Source of the DNA: an uncultured Parachlamydiaceae bacterium
GTDB taxonomy: Bacteria; Chlamydiota; Chlamydiia; Chlamydiales; Parachlamydiaceae
Direction of reading: 5' to 3'
Length of the DNA stretch: 64,000 bases
Assembly: GCA_963742415.1 (NCBI GenBank)
Contig: CAVULX010000003.1
Location: 448,001-512,000 of the forward strand
Every line of letters begins with the position of its first letter. The first letter of the stretch is position 1. The notes under the pieces were generated by a model. The model saw only the letters and a program-made list of their open reading frames with translations, was not told where the DNA came from and made no database searches. This document shows positions 17,916 to 26,505 of this stretch, piece after piece. A program made the translations under genes and the position numbers.

Positions 17916-19769
17916 TTGTCCTACATTAGCTCAGACTTAGCCATAGAAAGATTTATACATCCTATTGATTACGTAGATTCCAAATTGGAGGATGTATCGC
18001 GTACTTGGCTTATTTTAGCCACCACTATTACTTTGGTTACCCTTTATATTTTTGTGCAGTTATTGAATAAACCTTGGGGGATCGCACGGCGAGAGCAGAT
18101 TGGAAGAAAGTTGCTTAAAACCCCTTTTATAAGGAAAAGATATGACGCTAAGATTCAAGAAGAGTACGATAAATTTAGAGAATCAGTTAAAAATATACGG
18201 CGCCAATTTGGTCCAATTTATCATTCGATTCCTTGTCAAGGATTGAAAACAGAAGCACTTCTCCAGTTAGTAAGAAAATACAGTGATGTAACATTCAATA
18301 AAGTAAAAGATAAACAACTATCTGGAACTATTTATTCTAAAAGCCTTGTGAAAAAAAATGCGGAAAGTCAGATAAAGCATGAAGAATTTAAATTTGATGA
18401 CTTAGAGGAAATCGGATCAGACTCTGATTATTTTGAGGCTCTTTCAGAAAAGCTTGAGCTCCTATTTTGCGAAGCTTTTAAGCAAGCTTATCTTTGGAAT
18501 TCTTTGCATAGGCATGAATTTGCCATTGGATCCTTTCTTGAGCACCAAGTTGTACAGATGGCTGCCAATATGTTTGGCGCTTCAGTCGAAATAGATGAAG
18601 TGGATAACGTGATGGGCTTTGTTACTTCAGGGGGGACTGAAAGCTTAATGCTAGCCGTTCGGATCTATAGGGAATGGGGGGCTGTAAATAAAGGGCATCA
18701 GCCTGGTGAAAGTGTCATCATTGCTAGTAAATCCGTCCATGCAGCTATTGAGAAGGGTTGTCAAGCCTATCAGGTAAAGCTTGTTCTGTTGGAAACTGCT
18801 GAGGATGGAAAAACGGATGTGGAACTTCTCAAAAAAACCATCAAGCAATATGGGAGTAAAGTTGTAGCTATAATCGGGTCTGCTCCGTCGTATATTGCAG
18901 GGGTGATGGATCCTATTGAAGAGATGGCAGCCGTTGCCTTTGAATATGGGATCGGGTTTCATGTCGATTGCTGTTTGGGCGGCTTCATTGTAAATAATTT
19001 AAAACACCTCAAGACTGATTTTTGCAAAGAGAAAGGGGTGACCAGTCTATCAGCGGATACACACAAAAACGGGCTGGCTCCAAAAGGATCCTCCGTTCTT
19101 TTGACAATGATGCTTGGGGATGAAAATCTAGCAAAGTATGCTATCTATGTTATACCAGGTTGGAGCGGGGGAGTTTATGGAACCCCAAAAGACGCTGGGA
19201 GTCAATCCTGTGTTCCTGCTTTGATGGCTTTTTTGGCTCTCCTTGCAACAGGCCAATCTGGTTATAAACGGCTTGCACAAAGCATATACAAAAGCGCTTG
19301 CGAGGTGGCTGATTTTATCCTTGGCTGTAAAGGTCGATTAAAACTCATCGCCTACCCGCAAGCCAACGTTGTAGCTTTTAAAATAGATCCCCAGTGGGGA
19401 TTGCAGAAGGGGGCTATTTATGCTTTTGCGCATGAGATGGCTCAACATGGTGTCGTTTTAAACGCCATGGCCAAGGAAAAGGTTCATTTTTGCATCACAG
19501 CCCGCTTTTCCGGCGATCCAAACGGATTGCATTTATTTAAACAAGCGGTTAATTCAAGCTTAAAAAATGTTGAAAAGCTTAATGAACAACTCCTTAAAGA
19601 AGGGAAAAAATTCCCTGGAGATGCGGGGATGTATTGCAGTCTTGAAGCTGCTTTGGCGCCGCGAAGAGAGACTCTTTCTTTCGCAAAGTACATTGAAAAT
19701 ATGATGTTAGGGGTCCTAGGTGCCAAGGATGCAATCAGAGCCTACTATTTGGCAGATCTCGCCCCTTGA
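17916..19769 (+). CDS. Sphingosine-1-phosphate lyase-like PLP enzyme
   Basis: N-terminal TM; SGTIY, TSGGTESL, SVHAA, GSAPSY, HVDCCLGGF, GVTSLSADTHKNGLAPKGSSV (PLP lysine), WSGGVY. Confidence 0.85.
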   Translation: MSYISSDLAIERFIHPIDYVDSKLEDVSRTWLILATTITLVTLYIFVQLLNKPWGIARREQIGRKLLKTPFIRKRYDAKIQEEYDKFRESVKNIRRQFGPIYHSIPCQGLKTEALLQLVRKYSDVTFNKVKDKQLSGTIYSKSLVKKNAESQIKHEEFKFDDLEEIGSDSDYFEALSEKLELLFCEAFKQAYLWNSLHRHEFAIGSFLEHQVVQMAANMFGASVEIDEVDNVMGFVTSGGTESLMLAVRIYREWGAVNKGHQPGESVIIASKSVHAAIEKGCQAYQVKLVLLETAEDGKTDVELLKKTIKQYGSKVVAIIGSAPSYIAGVMDPIEEMAAVAFEYGIGFHVDCCLGGFIVNNLKHLKTDFCKEKGVTSLSADTHKNGLAPKGSSVLLTMMLGDENLAKYAIYVIPGWSGGVYGTPKDAGSQSCVPALMAFLALLATGQSGYKRLAQSIYKSACEVADFILGCKGRLKLIAYPQANVVAFKIDPQWGLQKGAIYAFAHEMAQHGVVLNAMAKEKVHFCITARFSGDPNGLHLFKQAVNSSLKNVEKLNEQLLKEGKKFPGDAGMYCSLEAALAPRRETLSFAKYIENMMLGVLGAKDAIRAYYLADLAP

Positions 19770-19803
19770 AAAATGCAATCGTCCATTGCTGGAATCCATA
19801 ATT

Positions 19804-19873
19804 AGGGACAATAACCAAAATTGTCCCTCTCTCCAATGTCCCTAAGATCGTTTAAGTCCCTATTGTCCCTTTT
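19804..19873. repeat. AGGGACAAT/ATTGTCCCT repeat hairpin between convergent genes
   Basis: AGGGACAAT-7 nt-ATTGTCCCT plus three further GTCCCT units. Confidence 0.65.
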
Positions 19874-19899
19874 TCAAATGGTGTCTCTCTGGTCTTTTA

Positions 19900-21459
19900 C
19901 TACAGCCACTCGATGGTGCCAGGGGGTTTGGAGGTGACGTCGTAGACGACCCGATTGATGGCGGGGATTTCATTGACAATGCGGGTGCTTACGCGGCCGA
20001 GCAACTCCATGGGCAAAGGGGAAAATTCTGCGGTCATCCCATCGGAACAAGAGACCGCTCTGAGTGCAATGACATGGCCTTCTGTGCGTTGATCTCCCAT
20101 GACACCAACCGTCTTCACAGGCAAAAAAACAGCGAAGGCTTGCCAGATTTTATCGTAAAATCCCGCCTGTGTGATTTCCTCTAAGTAAATTTCATCTGCG
20201 TGCCGCAAAACATCAAGCCGTTCCTGAGTCACTTCACCTAGAATGCGAATAGCGAGACCCGGCCCAGGAAAAGGGTGACGGTTGACTAGATTTGGAGGGA
20301 TCCCTAATTCCGCGCAGAGGGCTCTCACTTCATCTTTAAAAAGTTTAGCGTTAGGTTCTACTAGAAGCCCTTCCCGCCGTTTTTTTTCAATAATGGGAGG
20401 GGACACATTATGGTGGCTTTTGATGACTGCTGCATGCTGTCCGCACCCTTTGCCGCTTTCAATGAGGTCGGTGTATAGTGTTCCCTGACAATAAAAAAAC
20501 TTTTCACCAGGTTGGCCGATGTGTGAGATCTCATCTTCCAAGATTTTAATAAATAGTTCCCCGATAATATGCCTTTTGGCTTCCGGATTTGTAACCCCTT
20601 CCAATGCCCCAAGGAATTTAGTGGAAGCATCTACAAACAGCACATTTTTCATTCCATGATTTTTGAGAAGCTCTAAAACTTGACGGCTTTCCCCTTTTCT
20701 CATCAGCCCTGTGTCGATGTGAATCGGAAATACCTTATCTGCGCCTAACGCTTTGTAGCACAGAAAAGTAGCCGCTGTTGAATCCACCCCCCCGCTGACG
20801 AGGCTGATCACTTTTCCTTTGCCCACCTGGCGGCAGATCTCATGGAGGATATTTGGGAGATACTGTTTCACTGACCAAGAAGGGGCGCAAGAGCAGATTT
20901 TTAAGAAATTATCTATGATTTTCTTCCCTTTGGGCGTATGGCCGACTTCCGGATGAAATTGCACACCATATTGGGGAAGATCGTGGTGTTGGATAGCGGC
21001 AATGAGATTATCCCGGCTCGTGGCGATGCTATGAAAGCAAGGCGCCAATGTTTCAATGCTATCTCCGTGACTCATCCAAACAGATTCTTGGTTTTCCATT
21101 TCGTAAAACAAGGGACTCTTGGTATTGACCTTGATCGATTGTTTCCCGTATTCCCCCTTGCTTAATTTTTTGACAGAGCCTTGGTTTGCGGCATTTAGAA
21201 GATGCATTCCATAGCAGATTCCAAGCAGGGGGATGGGGCAAGTTAAAATTTTTGGATCAAAAGGAATTTGAGTTTGATAAACGGAGGCAGGACCCCCTGA
21301 GAGGATGATCCCCTTAGGAGCCTCGGCCATTAAATCTTCCATGGAAATGCTTGGAGAACGTATTTCTGAGAACACATTTAATTCCCGGATCCTCCGCGCG
21401 ATGATATGGGTATATTGCGATCCAAAATCTAGGATGATAATTTTATCTAATGTTTGCAT
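19900..21459 (-). CDS. guaA: GMP synthase (glutamine-hydrolysing)
   Basis: ILDFGSQY, GICYG, QFHPEV, SGGVDS, IKSHHNV, RHPFPGPGL, SKPPGTIEW. Confidence 0.97.
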   Translation of the reverse strand: MQTLDKIIILDFGSQYTHIIARRIRELNVFSEIRSPSISMEDLMAEAPKGIILSGGPASVYQTQIPFDPKILTCPIPLLGICYGMHLLNAANQGSVKKLSKGEYGKQSIKVNTKSPLFYEMENQESVWMSHGDSIETLAPCFHSIATSRDNLIAAIQHHDLPQYGVQFHPEVGHTPKGKKIIDNFLKICSCAPSWSVKQYLPNILHEICRQVGKGKVISLVSGGVDSTAATFLCYKALGADKVFPIHIDTGLMRKGESRQVLELLKNHGMKNVLFVDASTKFLGALEGVTNPEAKRHIIGELFIKILEDEISHIGQPGEKFFYCQGTLYTDLIESGKGCGQHAAVIKSHHNVSPPIIEKKRREGLLVEPNAKLFKDEVRALCAELGIPPNLVNRHPFPGPGLAIRILGEVTQERLDVLRHADEIYLEEITQAGFYDKIWQAFAVFLPVKTVGVMGDQRTEGHVIALRAVSCSDGMTAEFSPLPMELLGRVSTRIVNEIPAINRVVYDVTSKPPGTIEWL

Positions 21460-22889
21460 AGTGACTCCAATTGGGTGATCTCATGGCGGCGCAAAGCTTG
21501 AAAACGTTCCACGTCGGAGGTTTCGGAAGGATATTTTCCATTGAGGCAGGCTAAGCAGAGGTCATTAATGCCAATCGAACGTTTTAAATCTTCGATGTCG
21601 TTGTATATGACCTCATCGGCGTCGATAGCTTTGGCTATTTCTTCACAAGTTTTTTCCGAAGCGATGAGTTGCTCTTTGTGGGAAAAATCGATGCCGTAAA
21701 AGCAAGGGTGCTTAACTGGAGGGAAAGTGGAAGCAAAATAGATTTTTTTGGCTCCGGCTCTTTTCACCAATCCGATGGCTTTCTTTGAAACGGTCCCTCT
21801 GATGATGCTATCGTCAACAAGGATGACATTCTTGTTTTGCAAAACATAAGGAATGGCTTCCAACTTATTTAAGGCTGCTTTTTCACGTCCTCCCTGTGTT
21901 GAGGAGAGGAAAGTACGGCCTACATAAGGCTTACGAATAAATCCTTCTTCATAGGGAATATTGAGTTTCCGGGCTAAGCTTATGGCAGCAGGCCGAGCTG
22001 TATCTGGAATCGGGACAACTACATCCGCAGTGAGTTCTTTCTCTTGAAATTTTTTTGCCAGGGCTATCCCCAATTGGGAGCGGATCCGGTAGATCTCTTG
22101 CTCTTCCATCGTTGTATTCATTTTTGCAAAATAGACAAATTCGAAGCTGCAGTGGAAATGGTCGCTTTTGATCAGATGCTGCCGATACACTTTATGGTTG
22201 TGATCAATAAAGACCACTTCACCTGGTTCGATCACTTCTATGTTTTGAAAGTTGAGAAATGAGAGAGCTTCCGTTTCTGAAGCAAAGGCATGGGATTTGG
22301 TTTGGGGTTGGATGCCATAGAGCAAAGGTCTAATCCCCTGAGGATCTCTGAATGCGACCAACCCCAGACCGGGAATCATGCCGATGACTGAATAGGCTCC
22401 TGACGTTTGCTTATAAACTTTCATGGTTGCGGCGCAAATGTTGTCGAAGGTGATCTTCTTTTTTGGCAAGTTTTGGGCGAAAAGGTGGAGGAGGACTTCG
22501 ATATCGCAGGAGGTTTGGATGAGGACCTGCTTGCTTTGGAGTTCATTTTTCAAGCTGACATAGTTGACGATGTTTCCGTTGTGGGCCATGGCGACAATGC
22601 GCCCTTCTTCGTCCGTATATTGAGGTTGAGTGTCTTCGAGTGAATTATTTCCTATAGTTGCATAACGTATATGGCCAATTCCCCAGAGGGCCTCGCTGCA
22701 TAGGGGGTTATGAGTTCCAAAGACATCGTGGACTAATCCAAGATTTTTTTTTAACTCATATTTATCTTTTCTTGGATCATATGTAAACACACCGGCAGCA
22801 TTCTGACCCCGGTGTTGAAGCCGCAGTAACCCTTGGTAAAGAGCATCATGAATGGGTTGATTGCTAACAATGCCAAAAATGCCACACAT
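21447..22889 (-). CDS. purF: Amidophosphoribosyltransferase (Fe-S type)
   Basis: MCGIFG, LQHRGQ, HNGN, VDDSIIRGT, PCFYGIDF, LCLAC. Confidence 0.97.
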   Translation of the reverse strand: MCGIFGIVSNQPIHDALYQGLLRLQHRGQNAAGVFTYDPRKDKYELKKNLGLVHDVFGTHNPLCSEALWGIGHIRYATIGNNSLEDTQPQYTDEEGRIVAMAHNGNIVNYVSLKNELQSKQVLIQTSCDIEVLLHLFAQNLPKKKITFDNICAATMKVYKQTSGAYSVIGMIPGLGLVAFRDPQGIRPLLYGIQPQTKSHAFASETEALSFLNFQNIEVIEPGEVVFIDHNHKVYRQHLIKSDHFHCSFEFVYFAKMNTTMEEQEIYRIRSQLGIALAKKFQEKELTADVVVPIPDTARPAAISLARKLNIPYEEGFIRKPYVGRTFLSSTQGGREKAALNKLEAIPYVLQNKNVILVDDSIIRGTVSKKAIGLVKRAGAKKIYFASTFPPVKHPCFYGIDFSHKEQLIASEKTCEEIAKAIDADEVIYNDIEDLKRSIGINDLCLACLNGKYPSETSDVERFQALRRHEITQLESLCKH

Positions 22890-22909
22890 CTTTACACTCT
22901 CCTCTTACG

Positions 22910-23713
22910 TTAATTTATGACTTCCATATCGTACCCTTTGTCAGATTGTTTAGTTCCGTCGATGTAAATAATGTTTTTTTGATCGATGCCTATGCGTCCT
23001 TGTGAGATGAGGGTGATGGCACGCAAGCAGGCAGGCCCATCGCTTAACAGTTTTTGTTTCTCTTGGTGGATATTAGCCAATTCAGCCGTTACAGGACGGG
23101 GCTCGACATAGCTCACTTTAGGCCCTGAAACTAAGACCGGGCCCCCGTCAATTTCCTCGTTGACGAGAATAATGTTAGAACGGGTGAAAGATTCTCCTGC
23201 CAACAAAGCCTCATACACAGCATTTAAGCCCGTATAGGCCCGATTTCCTTGCAAATTTAGAACAGACAGATCTGCAGGATGAATATTGAGAACTTTATTG
23301 GGAAATGTGTTTAGCAATGCTTTTGACAACAACTGCATGTAGCCGGCCAAGAGGATCATATCGACCGTAAAGCGGTATTTTTTCGAACATTCTTGGAGAA
23401 GTTCAACAATTTCCTGGTCATACTGAAGACGAGCGTCTTGAGCTGTCATTCGGCTGATTTCTTCCCTTCTTGAAAAATTCACAAAGGAGTGGTAAATGAC
23501 AGGAATTCCCTCACGCTCCCCGATTTCTTGAAATCGACATTTCTTATTGACGAACAAGGCTTTAATTCGGAAGGGAGGGGAAGGGGATTTTTTTTGCGCC
23601 TCTAAAAGAAATTCCAAATTTACCCCTTTTCCGGAGCCCATGACAACGACATTCATCTCTTTTTTCGGAATCGGTTGATAAAGGAGAGAGATCGGTGTCT
23701 TCTTTGGAATCAT
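22910..23713 (-). CDS. purN: Phosphoribosylglycinamide formyltransferase (divergent)
   Basis: SGKGVNL, LAGYMQ, LNIHP, EIDGGP; located in the pur cluster. Confidence 0.85.
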   Translation of the reverse strand: MIPKKTPISLLYQPIPKKEMNVVVMGSGKGVNLEFLLEAQKKSPSPPFRIKALFVNKKCRFQEIGEREGIPVIYHSFVNFSRREEISRMTAQDARLQYDQEIVELLQECSKKYRFTVDMILLAGYMQLLSKALLNTFPNKVLNIHPADLSVLNLQGNRAYTGLNAVYEALLAGESFTRSNIILVNEEIDGGPVLVSGPKVSYVEPRPVTAELANIHQEKQKLLSDGPACLRAITLISQGRIGIDQKNIIYIDGTKQSDKGYDMEVIN

Positions 23714-25008
23714 TAAACTTTGACCTCCAGGTTTTTTAAGGCTTGATATGCGATGTCCCTCCTGTAATAGGAATTTTCAAATTCAATCTCGTTGACACCA
23801 TCATAAGCTGCAGAGACCGCCTCTTCTAACGAAGCTCCCCATCCTGTAATTCCCAAAACACGCCCTCCTGATGTGACCAGACGCCCTTTTGCATCTTGAG
23901 AGGTCCCGGCATGAAAAGCGGTGCAGTTTGGATGCTTATTTAACTTATCTAACCCTTTAATCTCATATCCCGTTTGAAAATGTTCTGGATAACCTCCAGA
24001 AACCATTACCACGCAGCAGGAAGCTTTCTTGGCCCAATGGATGTTCTCTTCCTTTAATTTTCCGTGGATGCAAGCGCGCATAATTTCGGCAAGATCACTT
24101 TGCAAAAGGGGCAGCACAGCTTGTGCTTCCGGATCCCCAAAGCGACCGTTATATTCAAGAACTTTTGGACCTGAAGCTGTTATCATTAATCCAAAATAGA
24201 TCACACCCTTGTACTCAATTCCCTCTTTGATCAGCCCCGCTTGAGTCGGCTCGATGATTTCCTCTCTGATTTGCTGCAGCAGTTCGGGGCCGGCCAAAGG
24301 AACTGGAGAGTAGGCTCCGATCCCTCCAGTGTTGGGCCCGGAGTCTCCCTCATAAAGCCGTTTATGATCTTGTGAAGGGATCATTGGGATTATCTTTTTT
24401 CCATCTGCGAAAGCCAAAATTGAAAGCTCAAAACCCTCTAGTTTTTCCTCTACGACAATTTCTTTACCGGCTGAACCGTAGCGCAAATCTCCCATCACTG
24501 TTTGAATGGCTTTAAAGGCCTCCTGGGGGGAACGGCAAACAAGGACCCCTTTTCCCCCAGTTAGGCCGGAGCATTTGATGACAACGCCATTCCATTTGGA
24601 AAAATAATCTTGAACAGCCTTTTCGGCTTCTTGGATAGAGCGGCAACTTACATGACGGGCAGTGGGAATGTGGTGATTGACCATAAATTTTTTGGACGCA
24701 ACTTTATTGCTTTCAAGTTGCACAGCCTTTTGTGTAGGGCCGAACAGAGGCTGCCCTTGAGCTGCAAAAGCATCTGCAATGCCATCGGCAAGCAATTGTT
24801 CAGGACCCACTACGGTCATGTCTATTTTTTGAGACGCGGCAAACTGGCTGAGTGCCGCAAAGTCTTTCAGATTTAATTCCGGAGAAGGGAGGCAAATTTC
24901 TTGCGTACCCCCATTTCCAGGAAAACAAAAAACTTGATGCCCTTGCTGCTTGAATTTGTGAGCGAGGGCATGCTCTCGACCACCATTTCCTAAAACTAAA
25001 ATTTTCAT
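23713..25008 (-). CDS. purD: Phosphoribosylamine-glycine ligase
   Basis: GNGGREHAL, VGPE, QDHKR..GPNTGG, RFGDPEAQ, TSGGRVL. Confidence 0.97.
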   Translation of the reverse strand: MKILVLGNGGREHALAHKFKQQGHQVFCFPGNGGTQEICLPSPELNLKDFAALSQFAASQKIDMTVVGPEQLLADGIADAFAAQGQPLFGPTQKAVQLESNKVASKKFMVNHHIPTARHVSCRSIQEAEKAVQDYFSKWNGVVIKCSGLTGGKGVLVCRSPQEAFKAIQTVMGDLRYGSAGKEIVVEEKLEGFELSILAFADGKKIIPMIPSQDHKRLYEGDSGPNTGGIGAYSPVPLAGPELLQQIREEIIEPTQAGLIKEGIEYKGVIYFGLMITASGPKVLEYNGRFGDPEAQAVLPLLQSDLAEIMRACIHGKLKEENIHWAKKASCCVVMVSGGYPEHFQTGYEIKGLDKLNKHPNCTAFHAGTSQDAKGRLVTSGGRVLGITGWGASLEEAVSAAYDGVNEIEFENSYYRRDIAYQALKNLEVKV

Positions 25009-26336
25009 AGCGGCGCTTCGGTTATTTTAAGGATTTTGGCTGCTGCCAAAGCTGCATTTTGGGGGTCAATGATCGTCATGGAAGGAATTTGGCTAGGCAA
25101 TTGCAGCGAGGAGTGGATGTTCGTCAGATAATCGCTGTAGTCTTTAAAGGGTGGACAAGCGATCACAGGCCATTTAAGATGGGCCGCTACCACAGCCGAT
25201 AGGGCATTGCTTTTTCCTGCCACAGTGATGCATACAAGAGGTTCGATTGATTGATTGTACTGCGCAATGAGATTGGCTACTTTTTCTGGGTGCTTATGGG
25301 CTGAGGCCACACAAAATTTAAAAGGGATCCCCTGCTCTTGAAGAGTTTCTGTAATTTTGTCCACATGGGGTTGATCTTTTTCGCTGCCGCTGATAAGCAA
25401 AGCAAATTTTCCTTTGATCATTTGGGCTTTTTTTAAATTAGATAACAACCGTTTAGAGGAAGCCTCGTTATCCTCCGGCAAGGGAAGCCCTGTAATTAAC
25501 TGATAAATTTGACGATAACTATTGCGGGCCTCTTCTCGAACCTGCGGCGATAAGGAAGGGGCTGATCCTGTGCCTGTAAACCCTTGTTTCCTCATCCATT
25601 CCCGAATCATTTCCTTGTCGGGGTACTTCACTTCTTTAGTCTCATAATCTTTCTGAAACCAAAAGCGGGAGGAATCGGGAGTATGGATTTCGTCGATTAA
25701 AATTAATTGATTTTCGGCGTCCAATCCAAATTCATATTTCGTATCAACTAAGATCAACCCCTTTTGCCGAGCAATTTCCTGCCCTCGCTGATAGAGTTTT
25801 AAGGCCGTTTTTTCTATTTGATTCCAAAGCTTTTCGGAGACAATGCCTTGGGCGATAATCTCCTCTTTGGTAATGTCTTCATCGTGTCCTGAAACACTTT
25901 TTGTTGTAGGCGTAACTATAGGGGTGGAAAGGGGTTCATTAAGTTTCAAACCTTCGGGTAAAGAGACGCCGCATTTTTTTCGTTTTCCTGCTTGGTAATC
26001 TCTAGCTAATGAGCCTGCCAAGTAACCCCGCACAATCACTTCGATCATGATAGGCTGACATTTTTTGACGAGAAGCACATTGGGGTCGGGGTGTGCAACC
26101 ACATGGTTAGGAATAATATCTTTCGTTTTTTCAAACCAAAAGTGGGACAACATCGTCAACACTTTGCCCTTATCTTCGATGGGCTCTGCTAAAACGCAAT
26201 CGAAAACGGAAACACGATCGCTTGAAATAAGAGTGAGCAAATTGTCTTGTTCGTAGATTTCGCGCACTTTTCCGCTGCGAGGAATCCCGAGTTCAGGAAT
26301 AAAAACATGTTTCAGTGTATTACTTTCTTTTTTCAT
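25005..26336 (-). CDS. purC: Bifunctional SAICAR synthetase / class II AIR carboxylase (PAICS-like PurC-PurE fusion)
   Basis: SGKVREIY, SDRVSVFD, LVDTKYEFG, DEIHTPDSSRFW, then GSEKD, SAHK, VAGKSNAL, PVIACPP, SSLQLPS. Confidence 0.92.
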   Translation of the reverse strand: MKKESNTLKHVFIPELGIPRSGKVREIYEQDNLLTLISSDRVSVFDCVLAEPIEDKGKVLTMLSHFWFEKTKDIIPNHVVAHPDPNVLLVKKCQPIMIEVIVRGYLAGSLARDYQAGKRKKCGVSLPEGLKLNEPLSTPIVTPTTKSVSGHDEDITKEEIIAQGIVSEKLWNQIEKTALKLYQRGQEIARQKGLILVDTKYEFGLDAENQLILIDEIHTPDSSRFWFQKDYETKEVKYPDKEMIREWMRKQGFTGTGSAPSLSPQVREEARNSYRQIYQLITGLPLPEDNEASSKRLLSNLKKAQMIKGKFALLISGSEKDQPHVDKITETLQEQGIPFKFCVASAHKHPEKVANLIAQYNQSIEPLVCITVAGKSNALSAVVAAHLKWPVIACPPFKDYSDYLTNIHSSLQLPSQIPSMTIIDPQNAALAAAKILKITEAPL

Positions 26337-26394
26337 GAACGCTCCTTATTGCTAGTAATTAACGTAAGTTGCAAATAATAAAATTTATTGTCTT

Positions 26395-26459
26395 TCTGTG
26401 TTCTCTGTGATCTCTGTGGTTGAATTTTAATAAACCACAGAGATCACAGAGAACACAGA
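26395..26459. repeat. Perfect 27-bp-arm hairpin built of 9-bp CACAGAGxx units
   Basis: TCTGTGTTCTCTGTGATCTCTGTGGTT-11 nt-AACCACAGAGATCACAGAGAACACAGA in the purH-purCE spacer. Confidence 0.9.
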
Positions 26460-26505
26460 GGTTTTTTAAACTTGATTACACTCAGTAATTTTCAACTTAC
26501 ATTAA

